DNA from: a virus
Strand: one strand, 5' to 3'
IMG/VR virus record: IMGVR_UViG_3300042888_001941
Coordinates: 1 to 64,000 of that record
Length of the DNA: 64,000 nucleotides
In this document: positions 18,399 through 27,507 of the stretch, one piece after another
How positions within the stretch are numbered: the stretch's first letter is position 1
Layout: each line of letters starts with the position of its first letter
Notes under the pieces: model-generated
Databases searched by the model: none
What the model saw: only the letters and a program-made list of their open reading frames with translations
What the model was told of the DNA's origin: nothing
Program-made: the position numbers and the translations under genes

Positions 18399-18857
18399 TT
18401 AAGATTTAGTGGCCTTTTCAAGCTTTGGTGGAGTTTTGCCATGTACGCCGCAAAGCGACTTTCCACCCCAGGCTCCACGAGGTTTGATGTTGTCATCGCA
18501 CTCGGTGCCGTAGTTGTGAAGATAGCATTGAACTCTTGGCTGCATGTTTGGTAGAGAATTGGTAAGAGCCACAAGTGCTCGCTTGAACACGGTGGTCTTT
18601 ACCTGAAGTGCACCGTCTGCGTTATGGCATGAAATGCATAGGTACTCATTACGTCTGTGGGCTGGATCTCTTACTGCCTTATCAGCTCCACATTTGTCGC
18701 AAGCCTGAGTCCATTTAACACCGCGGACAAGTGTGCGGTAGTCAGTAGCGCATACGAGTGTGTCGTTATGTGCGTAAAGTAAGACGTCTACTTCACCGCA
18801 GATAGGGCAGACCCCACGAACGTACTGTTGCTCACGCTGATTTGTTCCTTGCGTCAT
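18399..18857 (-). CDS. Multi-CxxC zinc-finger protein
   Basis: CPIC, CDKC, CISC, CGVH; SD GGAGG. Confidence 0.6.
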   Translation of the reverse strand: MTQGTNQREQQYVRGVCPICGEVDVLLYAHNDTLVCATDYRTLVRGVKWTQACDKCGADKAVRDPAHRRNEYLCISCHNADGALQVKTTVFKRALVALTNSLPNMQPRVQCYLHNYGTECDDNIKPRGAWGGKSLCGVHGKTPPKLEKATKS

Positions 18858-18908
18858 TTATCCTCCGGTTCGGGTAGACTATAATCCTTCTACCTTTACT
18901 TGTAAAAT

Positions 18909-19184
18909 TTAGTTCTTGGGTCCCACGACACCAAGAAGAGTTGTTGGCTTCTTCCGCGCACGGAGCTTTGCGAACTCTTCCTTTGCGATGTGTTCAGTGT
19001 GACGTGACACAATCCAGAGTGGGAGAACGCCCGCAACTACAAGAAATGTAGCGGCAAGGAAAGCAGAGATGCTTGGGAAGATGAAGAATGTGTGAGCTGC
19101 GTACGGAACCCAGGCAAGAGCTAGGAGACGTAGGGCAACCGTATAGCGACGGTATCTAAATCCTCTAAAGTTGTTAATTTTCAT
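18909..19184 (-). CDS. Two-TM membrane protein
   Basis: Start reset to MKINN behind the repeated ACGACGAAAGGA SD. Confidence 0.6.
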   Translation of the reverse strand: MKINNFRGFRYRRYTVALRLLALAWVPYAAHTFFIFPSISAFLAATFLVVAGVLPLWIVSRHTEHIAKEEFAKLRARKKPTTLLGVVGPKN

Positions 19185-19243
19185 TTTCGGTCCTTTCGTC
19201 GTTGTTAGGATAATTATAGCAGGATAATCAGGAAAAGTAAACC

Positions 19244-19813
19244 TTAGCACCCGAATGCCTTGCGGCAGTCAGGTCCTAGGAAGAAGGCTCGGCTGGTTGG
19301 ATCTGTGAGCTCGGCGCCACACTTTCCGCAGCAGGCGTAGTGCTCACCGAAGAGGCGAGCGTACTTATATGGATGTGAGGCAATGATGTCCGTAACGATG
19401 ATAACATCACCGGCAGGCATCTTGTCTCGGTTGAATCCACCTACTGAGCCAGTGAGGCGGCGCATGAAGAGCGTGTTCTCGTACTCACGAATCTCAACGA
19501 AGAGTAGGTCACCCGTAAGAGGTGTGTCCTGGAGTGGAGCGATGTCTAGCTCGTCCACAGGGATTGCGTACTTAGACTTAGGTACGCGTGAAAGGCAGCG
19601 CTGAAGAGCTGATGTTGGCTCGGCTAGCTTAGGCAAGCCAAGCAGCATAGAGATTACCGCGGAGGCTGAACGCTTAGTAATGGTGCTAAGCGCAGTGAAG
19701 CGGTCATCGACAAATTGCTGGATGATTGGGTCACCCGCAGGGAGCTCGCGTGAATCGAGGAGCTCGTTGATAAAGGTAATTTGCTTATCGCTTGCTGGGA
19801 ACGTAGTAGTCAT
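19244..19813 (-). CDS. DUF6011-like zinc-finger protein
   Basis: C-terminal CGKCGAELTDPTSRA..LGPDC; start MTTTF by ATGA overlap. Confidence 0.7.
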   Translation of the reverse strand: MTTTFPASDKQITFINELLDSRELPAGDPIIQQFVDDRFTALSTITKRSASAVISMLLGLPKLAEPTSALQRCLSRVPKSKYAIPVDELDIAPLQDTPLTGDLLFVEIREYENTLFMRRLTGSVGGFNRDKMPAGDVIIVTDIIASHPYKYARLFGEHYACCGKCGAELTDPTSRAFFLGPDCRKAFGC

Positions 19814-19983
19814 GGACGAACTCCCCACCACTTAAGCCCACCGGTGTGAGCAACTGAACCTTCGTAGGTAACTGCCCATGAGGCAGCCTCGCCGTAGCTG
19901 GCGCATGTCTGAAATACTGGAGCCATTCCGTGGAATGTATACATGTAGACTGTTTGGTTTCCAGCCTCGTATCCTTTTGTCAT
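19810..19983 (-). CDS. Hypothetical protein (57 aa)
   Basis: My translation MTKGYEAGNQ...KWWGVRP; follows the promoter copy at 20011. Confidence 0.5.
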   Translation of the reverse strand: MTKGYEAGNQTVYMYTFHGMAPVFQTCASYGEAASWAVTYEGSVAHTGGLKWWGVRP

Positions 19984-20039
19984 TTGGGTTCCAATCCGTT
20001 TGTTATGGTTAATTATAACAGGTAAATTGGGAAAATGGC

Positions 20040-21434
20040 CTATCTGACCTTAAATGTTCCTCCGCCTCGGAAGCTAGGCATACGTCTAGCCGCAGGGCTC
20101 TTAGCCTTAATGGTTCCGCCAACGAAACCGGCAGGTGGCTTGATGAGGAGAGCTGTGAGGGCGTGGACCAGGGCGTCTACTCGGTCTGGGGATTTGCCTT
20201 CGCCTGGAATCCAAGCGCACATCTGGGACTCGAGGTCGCCTAGATAGCCAACGTGGTGGACACGGTTCTGCTCGTAGGCAAGCGTGATTGGCTCGGCGCG
20301 AAGTGCCTTGCCGTATTTGGAGTGAACCTCAAGGACCTTTACAGTTGGGTCAATTGTGTTAATGGCGTTTCTTACCAAGGCACCACCTTGGTTTACTTCG
20401 GCTACCACAGGGCAACCCCACTTGCGAGCCATTTGCACTACCTTGTTAGCCCAGACCTCCGGTGAACCGTGAATGGAGGCGTCCTCAAGTACCCAGCTCT
20501 GACGCTTGTAAAGATCTCGGTCACCGGTAGAAGCTACGACGACTATGCCGCATTCATCTCGAGGGTTCTCGGCTACAGATGGGTCAACGCCAATGCACCG
20601 CAAAGGTGTGCCCATTGGCAACTGCATCTCTCGGCCACGGTCGATGAGCTCCTGTGTCCAGAGAGCTCCTTCAACATCTGAAAGCATCTCACCGTAGAGC
20701 TCTTGCGCAGCCAAGCGAGTTCCTTCGTACACTCCAACGATTGCATCGATGTAAGCTTGAGAAAGGTTTCCGCTGTTGTCCAGTGTAGAACCTTTTGTAA
20801 TAACTACCTTGCCAGTCTTCTCAGCTTCGGCGATGAGCTGGTAGAGAAGCGGCACACGCTTAGGAGTTGTCGTAATCATAATTTTTGGATTCGCGCCAAG
20901 ACGAGTGCCAACGCGTAAGTTGTCAAAGGCTGTCATGCCAGCTGCATCAGGCGTTTGCCTCCATGCAGCAACTTCATCTCCCCAGGCGTGCGTGAACTGA
21001 GGTCCACGAAGGGAGTCTGGCTCGTCAGCTGTGAAGCATGTTGCCGTATTGCCGTTAGGCCAAGTTAGTCTTCGTTTGGACGGTTCGTATAAAGGGCGTT
21101 CGCTTGGCGGAGTTACGTTAATAATTCCAGACTCGCCTTCAACGATAACGTCACGTACGTCAGCGGCAGTACGAGCTACCAACGCGAAACGGCGCTGGCC
21201 AGTTGTTGTGTACTTAGCTTCTTCACGCACCCACTCGGCTGCCGTACGAGTTTTGCCAGCTCCGCGACCAGCGATGTAAGCCCAGATGTTCCAATCGCCT
21301 GGTGGAGCTTGCTGCTCTGGGCGTCCCCACACAGACCAGTCCCAGAGGAGATTGTCTGGATCAAAACCCGCAAGGATTTCATTGCGCTGCTCCTCAGGGA
21401 GATGCGCAAGCTGTTCCATCAAACTTTTAGCCAT
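20040..21434 (-). CDS. terL: Terminase large subunit
   Basis: Walker A AGRGAGKT, LRGPQF..AW.DE, ITTTP, nuclease GVDP, AEVNQGG, SPDRVDA. Confidence 0.95.
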   Translation of the reverse strand: MAKSLMEQLAHLPEEQRNEILAGFDPDNLLWDWSVWGRPEQQAPPGDWNIWAYIAGRGAGKTRTAAEWVREEAKYTTTGQRRFALVARTAADVRDVIVEGESGIINVTPPSERPLYEPSKRRLTWPNGNTATCFTADEPDSLRGPQFTHAWGDEVAAWRQTPDAAGMTAFDNLRVGTRLGANPKIMITTTPKRVPLLYQLIAEAEKTGKVVITKGSTLDNSGNLSQAYIDAIVGVYEGTRLAAQELYGEMLSDVEGALWTQELIDRGREMQLPMGTPLRCIGVDPSVAENPRDECGIVVVASTGDRDLYKRQSWVLEDASIHGSPEVWANKVVQMARKWGCPVVAEVNQGGALVRNAINTIDPTVKVLEVHSKYGKALRAEPITLAYEQNRVHHVGYLGDLESQMCAWIPGEGKSPDRVDALVHALTALLIKPPAGFVGGTIKAKSPAARRMPSFRGGGTFKVR

Positions 21435-21451
21435 GTGTACTATAGTACATT

Positions 21452-21491
21452 AAAAAGAAAAAGACTAGGCGGGTGAATGCCTAGTCTTTTT
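21452..21491. terminator. Intrinsic terminator, possibly bidirectional
   Basis: AAAAAGACTAGGC-8nt-GCCTAGTCTTTTT hairpin with A and T tails. Confidence 0.8.
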
Positions 21492-21572
21492 CCCCAGAAA
21501 GGAGTCTCGAGCAAATGGATTGGAGTACATTCGCGAGACCCTCAGTTAGGAAATGCAATAACCTAACCGAGT
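21452..21572 (-). ncRNA. Candidate ~120-nt three-hairpin small RNA
   Basis: Extended -10 at 21578-21589; stems 21541-50/21562-71 and 21504-09/21534-39; then the terminator. Confidence 0.5.
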
Positions 21573-21584
21573 AAGATAATTATA

Positions 21585-22514
21585 TCACGCAAATATGGAA
21601 ACTTCGTCATGAATCTTCGAGACCGTAGTTGCCCATACCGCAGGTGTGTGGTCAAATGGTTGATACCCACCGGCACCGCCAATGAGAACACGACCTTCCG
21701 AATATGCAGAGGCAATACGCCCAACAGTTGCAGCCGCATCTTCATATCCTGGATAATCGAACTGGAGAGTTGATAATGGATCTGTCTTATGAGCATCAGC
21801 TCCAGCAGCAACTAAAACAACATCTGGCTTTATCTTGTCAGCAAGTTGCTCGATTTCTCCCATAGCTCTACGAAACTCATCATCACCGCTTGCCGGATCC
21901 AATGCCCAGTTATAGACACCTAGCTCAGGGAAGTGCCCCTTTAGTCCAGTGCCTGGGAAGATTACCGAATCGTGAATGCTACAAGTTACCGCATCTCTGT
22001 TACCCGTAAGTAAGTTCTCAACGCCATCACCATGATGAGCATCCCAGTCGATGTACATGACCTTCATGCCGTTTTTGTTGAATTCACGTGCAGCCCAAGC
22101 CATATCGTTGAATACACAGAAACCAGACGAGTGATTGTACTGCGCATGATGCTTAGCTCCCTGAGGATTAAAGCCAACCTTTAGCTCGCCAGCTAGCATC
22201 TTCTCAGTAAGACGAACAGTGCCCGCAAACATATGAAGAGCTACTTGCCCCATGTGCTTATTGTCTGGACTCCATTGCCCGCTATGCCCACGGTCAAGTA
22301 CATCAGCTACGTAGTACGCATCATGAATAGACTCAACACGCTCTCTGTCTCCCGCAACAATATCTGGAGAAACAAGAACGATGTCCTTGTCTTCTTTTAG
22401 AAGTTCGGTGGCGTACTTAGCTCTTACTGGATTAGTTGGGTGCGAATCTCCTTCGCTGCCAAGCTTCCAGTCTAAATAGATGTCGCCGTATGCGACGTGT
22501 AGCTTATTTTTCAT
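21585..22514 (-). CDS. Zn-dependent deacetylase, histone deacetylase/AcuC family
   Basis: HP.NP.R, HHA, SGFCVFND, IDWDAHHGDG, SIH, FPGTG, GADAH..DPL, GGY. Start reset to MKNKL. Confidence 0.92.
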   Translation of the reverse strand: MKNKLHVAYGDIYLDWKLGSEGDSHPTNPVRAKYATELLKEDKDIVLVSPDIVAGDRERVESIHDAYYVADVLDRGHSGQWSPDNKHMGQVALHMFAGTVRLTEKMLAGELKVGFNPQGAKHHAQYNHSSGFCVFNDMAWAAREFNKNGMKVMYIDWDAHHGDGVENLLTGNRDAVTCSIHDSVIFPGTGLKGHFPELGVYNWALDPASGDDEFRRAMGEIEQLADKIKPDVVLVAAGADAHKTDPLSTLQFDYPGYEDAAATVGRIASAYSEGRVLIGGAGGYQPFDHTPAVWATTVSKIHDEVSIFA

Positions 22515-23016
22515 TTGTAGTTGCGTCCTTAGCATGTAGGTAGTCAACGAAGTCGTCGTTGAGCAGTACGGCATTAGATCTCTTGTCCCGCATCAGCTGA
22601 ATCGCATCAGCAGAAGAGTATCCTTCAAGCATGAGGGCAAGACCCATCGTTAAGCTAGAACGGTTAATCCCAGCTTGACAACGAATCAATACTCGCTTGC
22701 CAGATTTCCAAGCGGCATGTGCAAATGCAGCTGCCTCATGGAGAGAAGCGTAATCCGCATTGCCTTCAAGACCTGAGTCGTAGAAGCCATAACGAAGTTC
22801 TTGCACAAACCAGTCAACTGGATTTGCCCAAGCGTAAAGAGTTACTACCGTATCAAAATCATCTTTAGTGATAGCACGAGATCCATGAATGTTTGCTGCA
22901 TCCTCAATCGTGTCATCGTCGTCTGTTCCACCAAGAAATAATCCTGGGAGTATCTCACTCCATAGGGGGAAGTCCCAGTCGATGTTGTGAACTGGTGCGT
23001 ATGAAGCATTAGCCAT
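22504..23016 (-). CDS. Dual-specificity/tyrosine protein phosphatase
   Basis: SEILPGLFLGG; CX5R loop VLIRCQAGINRS; overlaps the deacetylase start. Confidence 0.9.
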   Translation of the reverse strand: MANASYAPVHNIDWDFPLWSEILPGLFLGGTDDDDTIEDAANIHGSRAITKDDFDTVVTLYAWANPVDWFVQELRYGFYDSGLEGNADYASLHEAAAFAHAAWKSGKRVLIRCQAGINRSSLTMGLALMLEGYSSADAIQLMRDKRSNAVLLNDDFVDYLHAKDATTNEK

Positions 23017-23018
23017 TA

Positions 23019-23237
23019 TTACCCTCCGGTCATCTCTAACCAGCACTTAGGATGCGTGCCAGAAATCATTTGTTCACGAATTGCAATGTCTAGCTCAGGG
23101 AATGCCTCTTGAATCAGCATACCGAAGTTCCATTGAAGGAAGCCCACGGCTGGAACTTCGACAACGCCTTGCTCGCCGCACATGCCGCAAACTGGAGTTT
23201 CGACCAGGTAGGTTTCATTTGTAAGGTCTGTTGACAT
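23019..23237 (-). CDS. Small zinc-binding protein
   Basis: CGMC..IQEAFP.L..REQMISG.HP.CW; first gene after the promoter at 23267. Confidence 0.65.
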   Translation of the reverse strand: MSTDLTNETYLVETPVCGMCGEQGVVEVPAVGFLQWNFGMLIQEAFPELDIAIREQMISGTHPKCWLEMTGG

Positions 23238-23299
23238 TTTCTCGTCCTTTCGTCGTTTGTTATATCTATTATATCAGGTAATGTTACCTGCGAGTACCA

Positions 23300-23866
23300 C
23301 TACTCTTCTTGTATGTACGTATGAATCTCTCCACCGGAGTAGATGTCATGCTTGCAAGCTATCTCGATAGCTCGCCGCAAAACCTTTTCGGCAGCCTCAG
23401 GAGTCTTAACCTTTTGGAAGTGAAGAGCTTCGAGAGCTCCAAGAGCTAAGTCTCCACCACTGCCGGAGTAGTAAACGTTCCTAGCTTCTCTATCCCAGCT
23501 GTAATCATTAAAAATTGGATACAGAACTCCACGAACCGAAACAATTAAGTTCGAATCGTGCCAAGCTGCATCACCGTCTTCTTTTCCTTCAAAGCCAGCA
23601 TCAACGAAAGCTTTACGAAGTGACGGTATAAACTTCTTTGTCATAAAAACGTCTAGGTCTTCACTACGAGTAGGAGTTGGAGGTTTCCAACCGAACTGAG
23701 CAATGTTGCCACCACGTGATGCGCCAGACACTGCAATGAGAACTCCATTGTTGTCTACGATTTTGTGAGTCGCAAGGTCCATGAAACGACCGTCCTCATC
23801 AGATGCTCGTGAATCACAGCCGATGACTGACCAGCCATCCCCTTGAATTGCCGCAAGCGTAGTCAT
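23300..23866 (-). CDS. Proteasome beta/HslV-like Ntn threonine protease
   Basis: N-terminal M-T-T, DSR, KI, GSGG..A.G.L, DIYSGG. Confidence 0.85.
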   Translation of the reverse strand: MTTLAAIQGDGWSVIGCDSRASDEDGRFMDLATHKIVDNNGVLIAVSGASRGGNIAQFGWKPPTPTRSEDLDVFMTKKFIPSLRKAFVDAGFEGKEDGDAAWHDSNLIVSVRGVLYPIFNDYSWDREARNVYYSGSGGDLALGALEALHFQKVKTPEAAEKVLRRAIEIACKHDIYSGGEIHTYIQEE

Positions 23867-23931
23867 GATTCTCCCTAGATGTTTCCCAAGCGCCTAGGAA
23901 AACTGTATCCTAAGCGCCTGGGTTACGTCTA

Positions 23932-24264
23932 TTAGACGAGATCTATAATTGCAATTGGCACTGTTACGTTGGCAGATTCAACCGCACCTGTGGTTGGATT
24001 TACCCTTGAGAATCTACCCATAGGTGTCTCAAGTCGAACGGTAACCTTTGTACGGTTCTTCCCTGAGATTGTGGCATACTGCCCAACCATGTAACGAGTT
24101 CCTGTGGACTCATTGAAGCGTACACGCGCACCAATGTTGTAATCATTGATGGTTAGTGCCGCACGTGCCTTTGGGGTACGTAAAGCAATGGCGTCCTTAA
24201 TCTTGCCAAGGTCTGAGTCCATTGAACCAGAGTTGATGGCGTCAAGAATATCCTGAGTGTTCAT
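23932..24264 (-). CDS. Hypothetical protein with SH3-like C-terminus
   Basis: Start reset to MNTQ behind the cassette SD; IGARVRF..G..ATI..NRTKVTVRL. Confidence 0.6.
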   Translation of the reverse strand: MNTQDILDAINSGSMDSDLGKIKDAIALRTPKARAALTINDYNIGARVRFNESTGTRYMVGQYATISGKNRTKVTVRLETPMGRFSRVNPTTGAVESANVTVPIAIIDLV

Positions 24265-24301
24265 CCTACTTCCTTTCGTCGTTAGGATAATTATATCAGG
24301 T

Positions 24302-24547
24302 TTATCCGTCAACCTCTGCCTTGAAATACTGGATTCCATCAGCTTTTTGTACTTCATCCTCTACCCAAGGTAGACGAGTACGGCTGATATCCAGGAGGCT
24401 GTTGGTGAAAGCTACCGCAGTCTTCTTGGCAGCGCCAAGAGAAGTATGCGCTGCATAGCGAGCCTCACCGGTGGCGAGGTCCTTTACGGTTACAAGCCAG
24501 GCTGCCTGTGGGGCTTTGTTCTTTAACAATGTAGCTACTACGCTCAT
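24302..24547 (-). CDS. Hypothetical protein
   Basis: 81 aa; SD GGAAGGA; stop abuts the next promoter copy. Confidence 0.6.
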   Translation of the reverse strand: MSVVATLLKNKAPQAAWLVTVKDLATGEARYAAHTSLGAAKKTAVAFTNSLLDISRTRLPWVEDEVQKADGIQYFKAEVDG

Positions 24548-24559
24548 TGGTTTTCCTTC

Positions 24560-24784
24560 CTAGTTGTTGTCATTGGGGTCGAACCATCCTTCACGTGAGT
24601 TGCTTTCACCGCAGGCTGAGCAGATCCATTCTGCTACCCAGGTGACAACACCGTGAGAATACTCTTGAGTTGTGATGACAGACTGCTCACGCAGGCAGTC
24701 ATCGTTGCCGCATTCGAGATCCATGTCTCCTTCTGCAGCTGAGGAGAAGCTGATGGCGTCTCCTTCGTAGTACGAGCTGCTCAT
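24560..24784 (-). CDS. Small zinc-ribbon protein
   Basis: MSSSYY..CGNDDC..CSAC; TAATG coupling. Confidence 0.55.
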   Translation of the reverse strand: MSSSYYEGDAISFSSAAEGDMDLECGNDDCLREQSVITTQEYSHGVVTWVAEWICSACGESNSREGWFDPNDNN

Positions 24785-24972
24785 TAGTCTACAGCCAGCG
24801 AGCTGCAAAGCGGCAGTGCGTGATGACGCCACTGGTCGATGACTCTGTCAATTGACTCTACGTATCCAACGTTCTCTTTTAGAACGAGTAGCACGGCAAA
24901 GTCAGATAGAGCTCTATTTTGAGCTATGACACAGTCCTCAAGCGAGCGAGAGCAGTGTTCACAGAGACTCAT
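24784..24972 (-). CDS. Hypothetical protein
   Basis: 62 aa; translationally coupled on both sides. Confidence 0.5.
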   Translation of the reverse strand: MSLCEHCSRSLEDCVIAQNRALSDFAVLLVLKENVGYVESIDRVIDQWRHHALPLCSSLAVD

Positions 24973-25139
24973 GAAGCCTCCGCATGAAGTGGTTTTGCTG
25001 TACGGAACTTAACAAGAACATCAGAGACTCTGTGAGCTTCCTCGAACATTCCGAGAGACTCGTACATTGCCTTCTGCTTTCCGAGAGCAGCAAGGATAAC
25101 GATGAGGTCAGCGTTATCTATCTTTATGTCGTACTGCAT
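24969..25139 (-). CDS. Hypothetical protein (56 aa)
   Basis: My translation MQYDIKIDNADL...; directly behind the cassette promoter and SD. Confidence 0.6.
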   Translation of the reverse strand: MQYDIKIDNADLIVILAALGKQKAMYESLGMFEEAHRVSDVLVKFRTAKPLHAEAS

Positions 25140-25174
25140 GGTAGTCCTTTCGTCATTAAGTAAATTATATCAGG

Positions 25175-25399
25175 TTATGGCAGCTTTTCGTCCAGCTCCA
25201 CGAATTTTGTTGCCCATTTGGTTAGGGCTGCTTCACTTCTGTTCTTGTGATGACCGCACAGGAAGATCTCGCCATTGACGCCAATAATCTTCCACACTGC
25301 ACGAGCAACACGGCATGAGTCACATTCAACCCAGCCAGAGAAAGTTTCTTTCGCTTCTTCCTCAACGAGCTGGACTTCTTCTTCCACAATCGACTCCAT
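25175..25399 (-). CDS. Small actinobacterial-type zinc finger (CxxC...CxHH)
   Basis: CDSCRVARA..GEIFLCGHH; SD AAAGGAG. Confidence 0.6.
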   Translation of the reverse strand: MESIVEEEVQLVEEEAKETFSGWVECDSCRVARAVWKIIGVNGEIFLCGHHKNRSEAALTKWATKFVELDEKLP

Positions 25400-25478
25400 G
25401 ACTCTCCTTTGTTAGAACGAAACTATCATACTTACAGAGAGAAGACCAGAGCGGGAATCCGCCCTGGCCTCTCTGCAA

Positions 25479-25721
25479 TTATGCTGAGTAAGCGATTGTG
25501 TAACCTTTGTCGAGCTTTGATTGGATCTTGTCCATCGCTGCCCAGCGAGCACCTTGCTCACTTGAGAAACGCAATGTCTTGCTCTGACGGTTTGGCTTTT
25601 CTGCCATTCCCCAGACTGCGGTAAACGAGTTACCATTAACTGAAAGTTCGTAAACTTTCTTCTTTCCTAGAGCTCCGCGTGTTCCGTCGGATGCTTTTAC
25701 TAGGCACCATTTTGTCTGCAC
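25479..25721 (-). CDS. WGR-domain-like protein
   Basis: KKVYELSV..TAVWG..Q.KT..F..A..KI..KL.KGY; GTG start behind the cassette SD. Confidence 0.65.
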   Translation of the reverse strand: MQTKWCLVKASDGTRGALGKKKVYELSVNGNSFTAVWGMAEKPNRQSKTLRFSSEQGARWAAMDKIQSKLDKGYTIAYSA

Positions 25722-25810
25722 TTTGTATCCTTCCGTCGTTTTCACCCTTTGTGGTGATGGGTTAATTATATCAGGTAAATCAGGAAGATAGTGCCTTACT
25801 CGCTAGTAAC

Positions 25811-26074
25811 TTATTGGTCAGACCAGAGTTCCTCGCGGAGGGCTTCCTCGTATAGATCACCGCGGTAGGAATTGGAACCGAAGGAGATGTCCTCCTCCAT
25901 GAGCTTATTCAGGGACAGGACTGCGGTATGACCCTCAGCCTCGAACATAATGACCAGCTTCATATCAGATTCGTTTGCGTCATCAACTACCGCAACCTTG
26001 AAGGGTAGCCCAGCTACTCCGTTGCGATGGTAGTCCGCATCAACTATCTGAAGTTTGTTTGGATCTAAGCTCAT
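25811..26074 (-). CDS. Hypothetical phage protein
   Basis: 87 aa; YHRNGVAG.PF and NSYRGD motifs. Confidence 0.6.
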   Translation of the reverse strand: MSLDPNKLQIVDADYHRNGVAGLPFKVAVVDDANESDMKLVIMFEAEGHTAVLSLNKLMEEDISFGSNSYRGDLYEEALREELWSDQ

Positions 26075-26238
26075 TTCTTTTCTTTCCTCTCAGGTCGTCG
26101 TTCTGAAATCTCATGCGTTGCCACATCCTTTCCGTGTTTGTGAAGCCATGCCTTAGCGACGTCTTCATTCACGAACTGGCCTAGCCACTTCCCATCAGCA
26201 TCGTACACATTCACGAGTTCGTATAAAGGATTACTCAT
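26071..26238 (-). CDS. Hypothetical protein (55 aa)
   Basis: My translation MSNPLYELVNVYDADGKWLGQF...; overlaps both neighbours. Confidence 0.55.
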   Translation of the reverse strand: MSNPLYELVNVYDADGKWLGQFVNEDVAKAWLHKHGKDVATHEISERRPERKEKK

Positions 26239-26833
26239 TGGTTAGTCGATTCGCTTGCTTAATCACCGTGTAGGACTTACTTTGTCCAGGTGATTCTTTG
26301 TATCCGTATCGAACGAAACGAAACTGGATTGCTCCATGGGTGACTCCAAGAAGCTTTCCAAGCCGATAAACGCTTACTCCTTCTTCGGTGTGAGCTTTCC
26401 AGAGGAGTGCAGTGTACTCTTCAGCTTCAGCTCGTCCTTGCGAGTGGTCCCATCGAAGTTTCCGTGCGATTGGCTGTAGTTCTTTTAGTCGCGCAAGCGT
26501 CTCAGGGTTTGGATCTGTCTGCTCCGCTCCGGAGTACACCATGACTTCTTCAGTCGGTAACTCTGGGACAGGGTAACTGCCTGGAGCTTGCTGCACAAGG
26601 TACACCAACTCTGGGTTGGCTTGAGTCTCAAGTTGACGCACACGCTCACGAGTAAGTCCTAGTGAGTCTGCAACAGCCTGAAGCGTCCAGCCTTTGATAC
26701 GAAGAGCGTATATGTACGCCGCACGTAATTCTTTTTCCTTTACAGGAATGAGACCTAAGGCAGTCGTAACTACATCAGGTAGTTTGAGATGTTGGCGTTG
26801 AGTCACCAAAGCTTTCTTGTAGATTCTTTTCAT
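26231..26833 (-). CDS. Tandem HTH protein with sigma70 region-4-like helix (paralog 2)
   Basis: GWTLQAVADSLGLTRERVRQLE and GVSVYRLGKLLGVTHGAI. Confidence 0.75.
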   Translation of the reverse strand: MKRIYKKALVTQRQHLKLPDVVTTALGLIPVKEKELRAAYIYALRIKGWTLQAVADSLGLTRERVRQLETQANPELVYLVQQAPGSYPVPELPTEEVMVYSGAEQTDPNPETLARLKELQPIARKLRWDHSQGRAEAEEYTALLWKAHTEEGVSVYRLGKLLGVTHGAIQFRFVRYGYKESPGQSKSYTVIKQANRLTNE

Positions 26834-26985
26834 TAGTTATGATTCAAGAAATCTTCAACAGCCTGGTTGATAGCGTCCTTCACAGATTCGGAAAGCTTTG
26901 CTAGCTCTTCGAAAGAGAATGTTCGCTCTGACATTTCCTCGAGGTCATCTACTGAGAGACTTGCCTCGTAAACCATTTTACTCAT
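26833..26985 (-). CDS. Small acidic protein (50 aa)
   Basis: My translation MSKMVYEASLSVDDLEEM...; behind the cassette SD. Confidence 0.6.
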   Translation of the reverse strand: MSKMVYEASLSVDDLEEMSERTFSFEELAKLSESVKDAINQAVEDFLNHN

Positions 26986-27023
26986 GATAGTCCTTTCGTC
27001 GTTGGTTTGTTAATTATATCATG

Positions 27024-27326
27024 TTATGCTAAAGAATGTACACGCATCTGATACTCTACAGTAGCAAGTGCGACAGTTGAGTTCCCACCGACGTTCCAGT
27101 GCATTAACTCATCTAACTCTGGAGTTCCGAGTTCGTATCGCTTCCAATCGTAGATAGTTGCAACAGTTCCGTCTTCGAATTTAAGACACCATTCAGTAGT
27201 TACCTTGTCGCCTTCACCGTAATACTCAGGTTCACCGAAGACTTCTATGAGTCTACGCAGTGTAGTCTCTGTGTATCCTTGAAGTGAGGTCCCATCAGAG
27301 ACGCTTAGATCTTTTATAAACTTCAT
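27024..27326 (-). CDS. Hypothetical phage protein
   Basis: GTSLQGY..L..VFGEP..DKV..EW..ATIYDWK..W.VGG, a pattern I recognise from small phage proteins. Confidence 0.7.
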   Translation of the reverse strand: MKFIKDLSVSDGTSLQGYTETTLRRLIEVFGEPEYYGEGDKVTTEWCLKFEDGTVATIYDWKRYELGTPELDELMHWNVGGNSTVALATVEYQMRVHSLA

Positions 27327-27327
27327 T

Positions 27328-27507
27328 TTAGTTCTCCTCTGCTAACTTAAGTACTGCGGTAAGAGTTTCGATTGCTGACTCATAATACTCGTCTGACTCG
27401 TAGTACTCGTTGTCAGCCAACGGAGCATCATTGTTCGCATCCTCTTGCGCGATGATTAAGTTCGCGCGAAAGGCTTGGATCTTTTCTACCAATTCTTCTT
27501 TTGACAC
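27328..27507 (-). CDS. Small acidic protein (59 aa)
   Basis: GTG start behind the cassette SD; my translation MSKEELVEKIQAFRANL... Confidence 0.6.
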   Translation of the reverse strand: MSKEELVEKIQAFRANLIIAQEDANNDAPLADNEYYESDEYYESAIETLTAVLKLAEEN

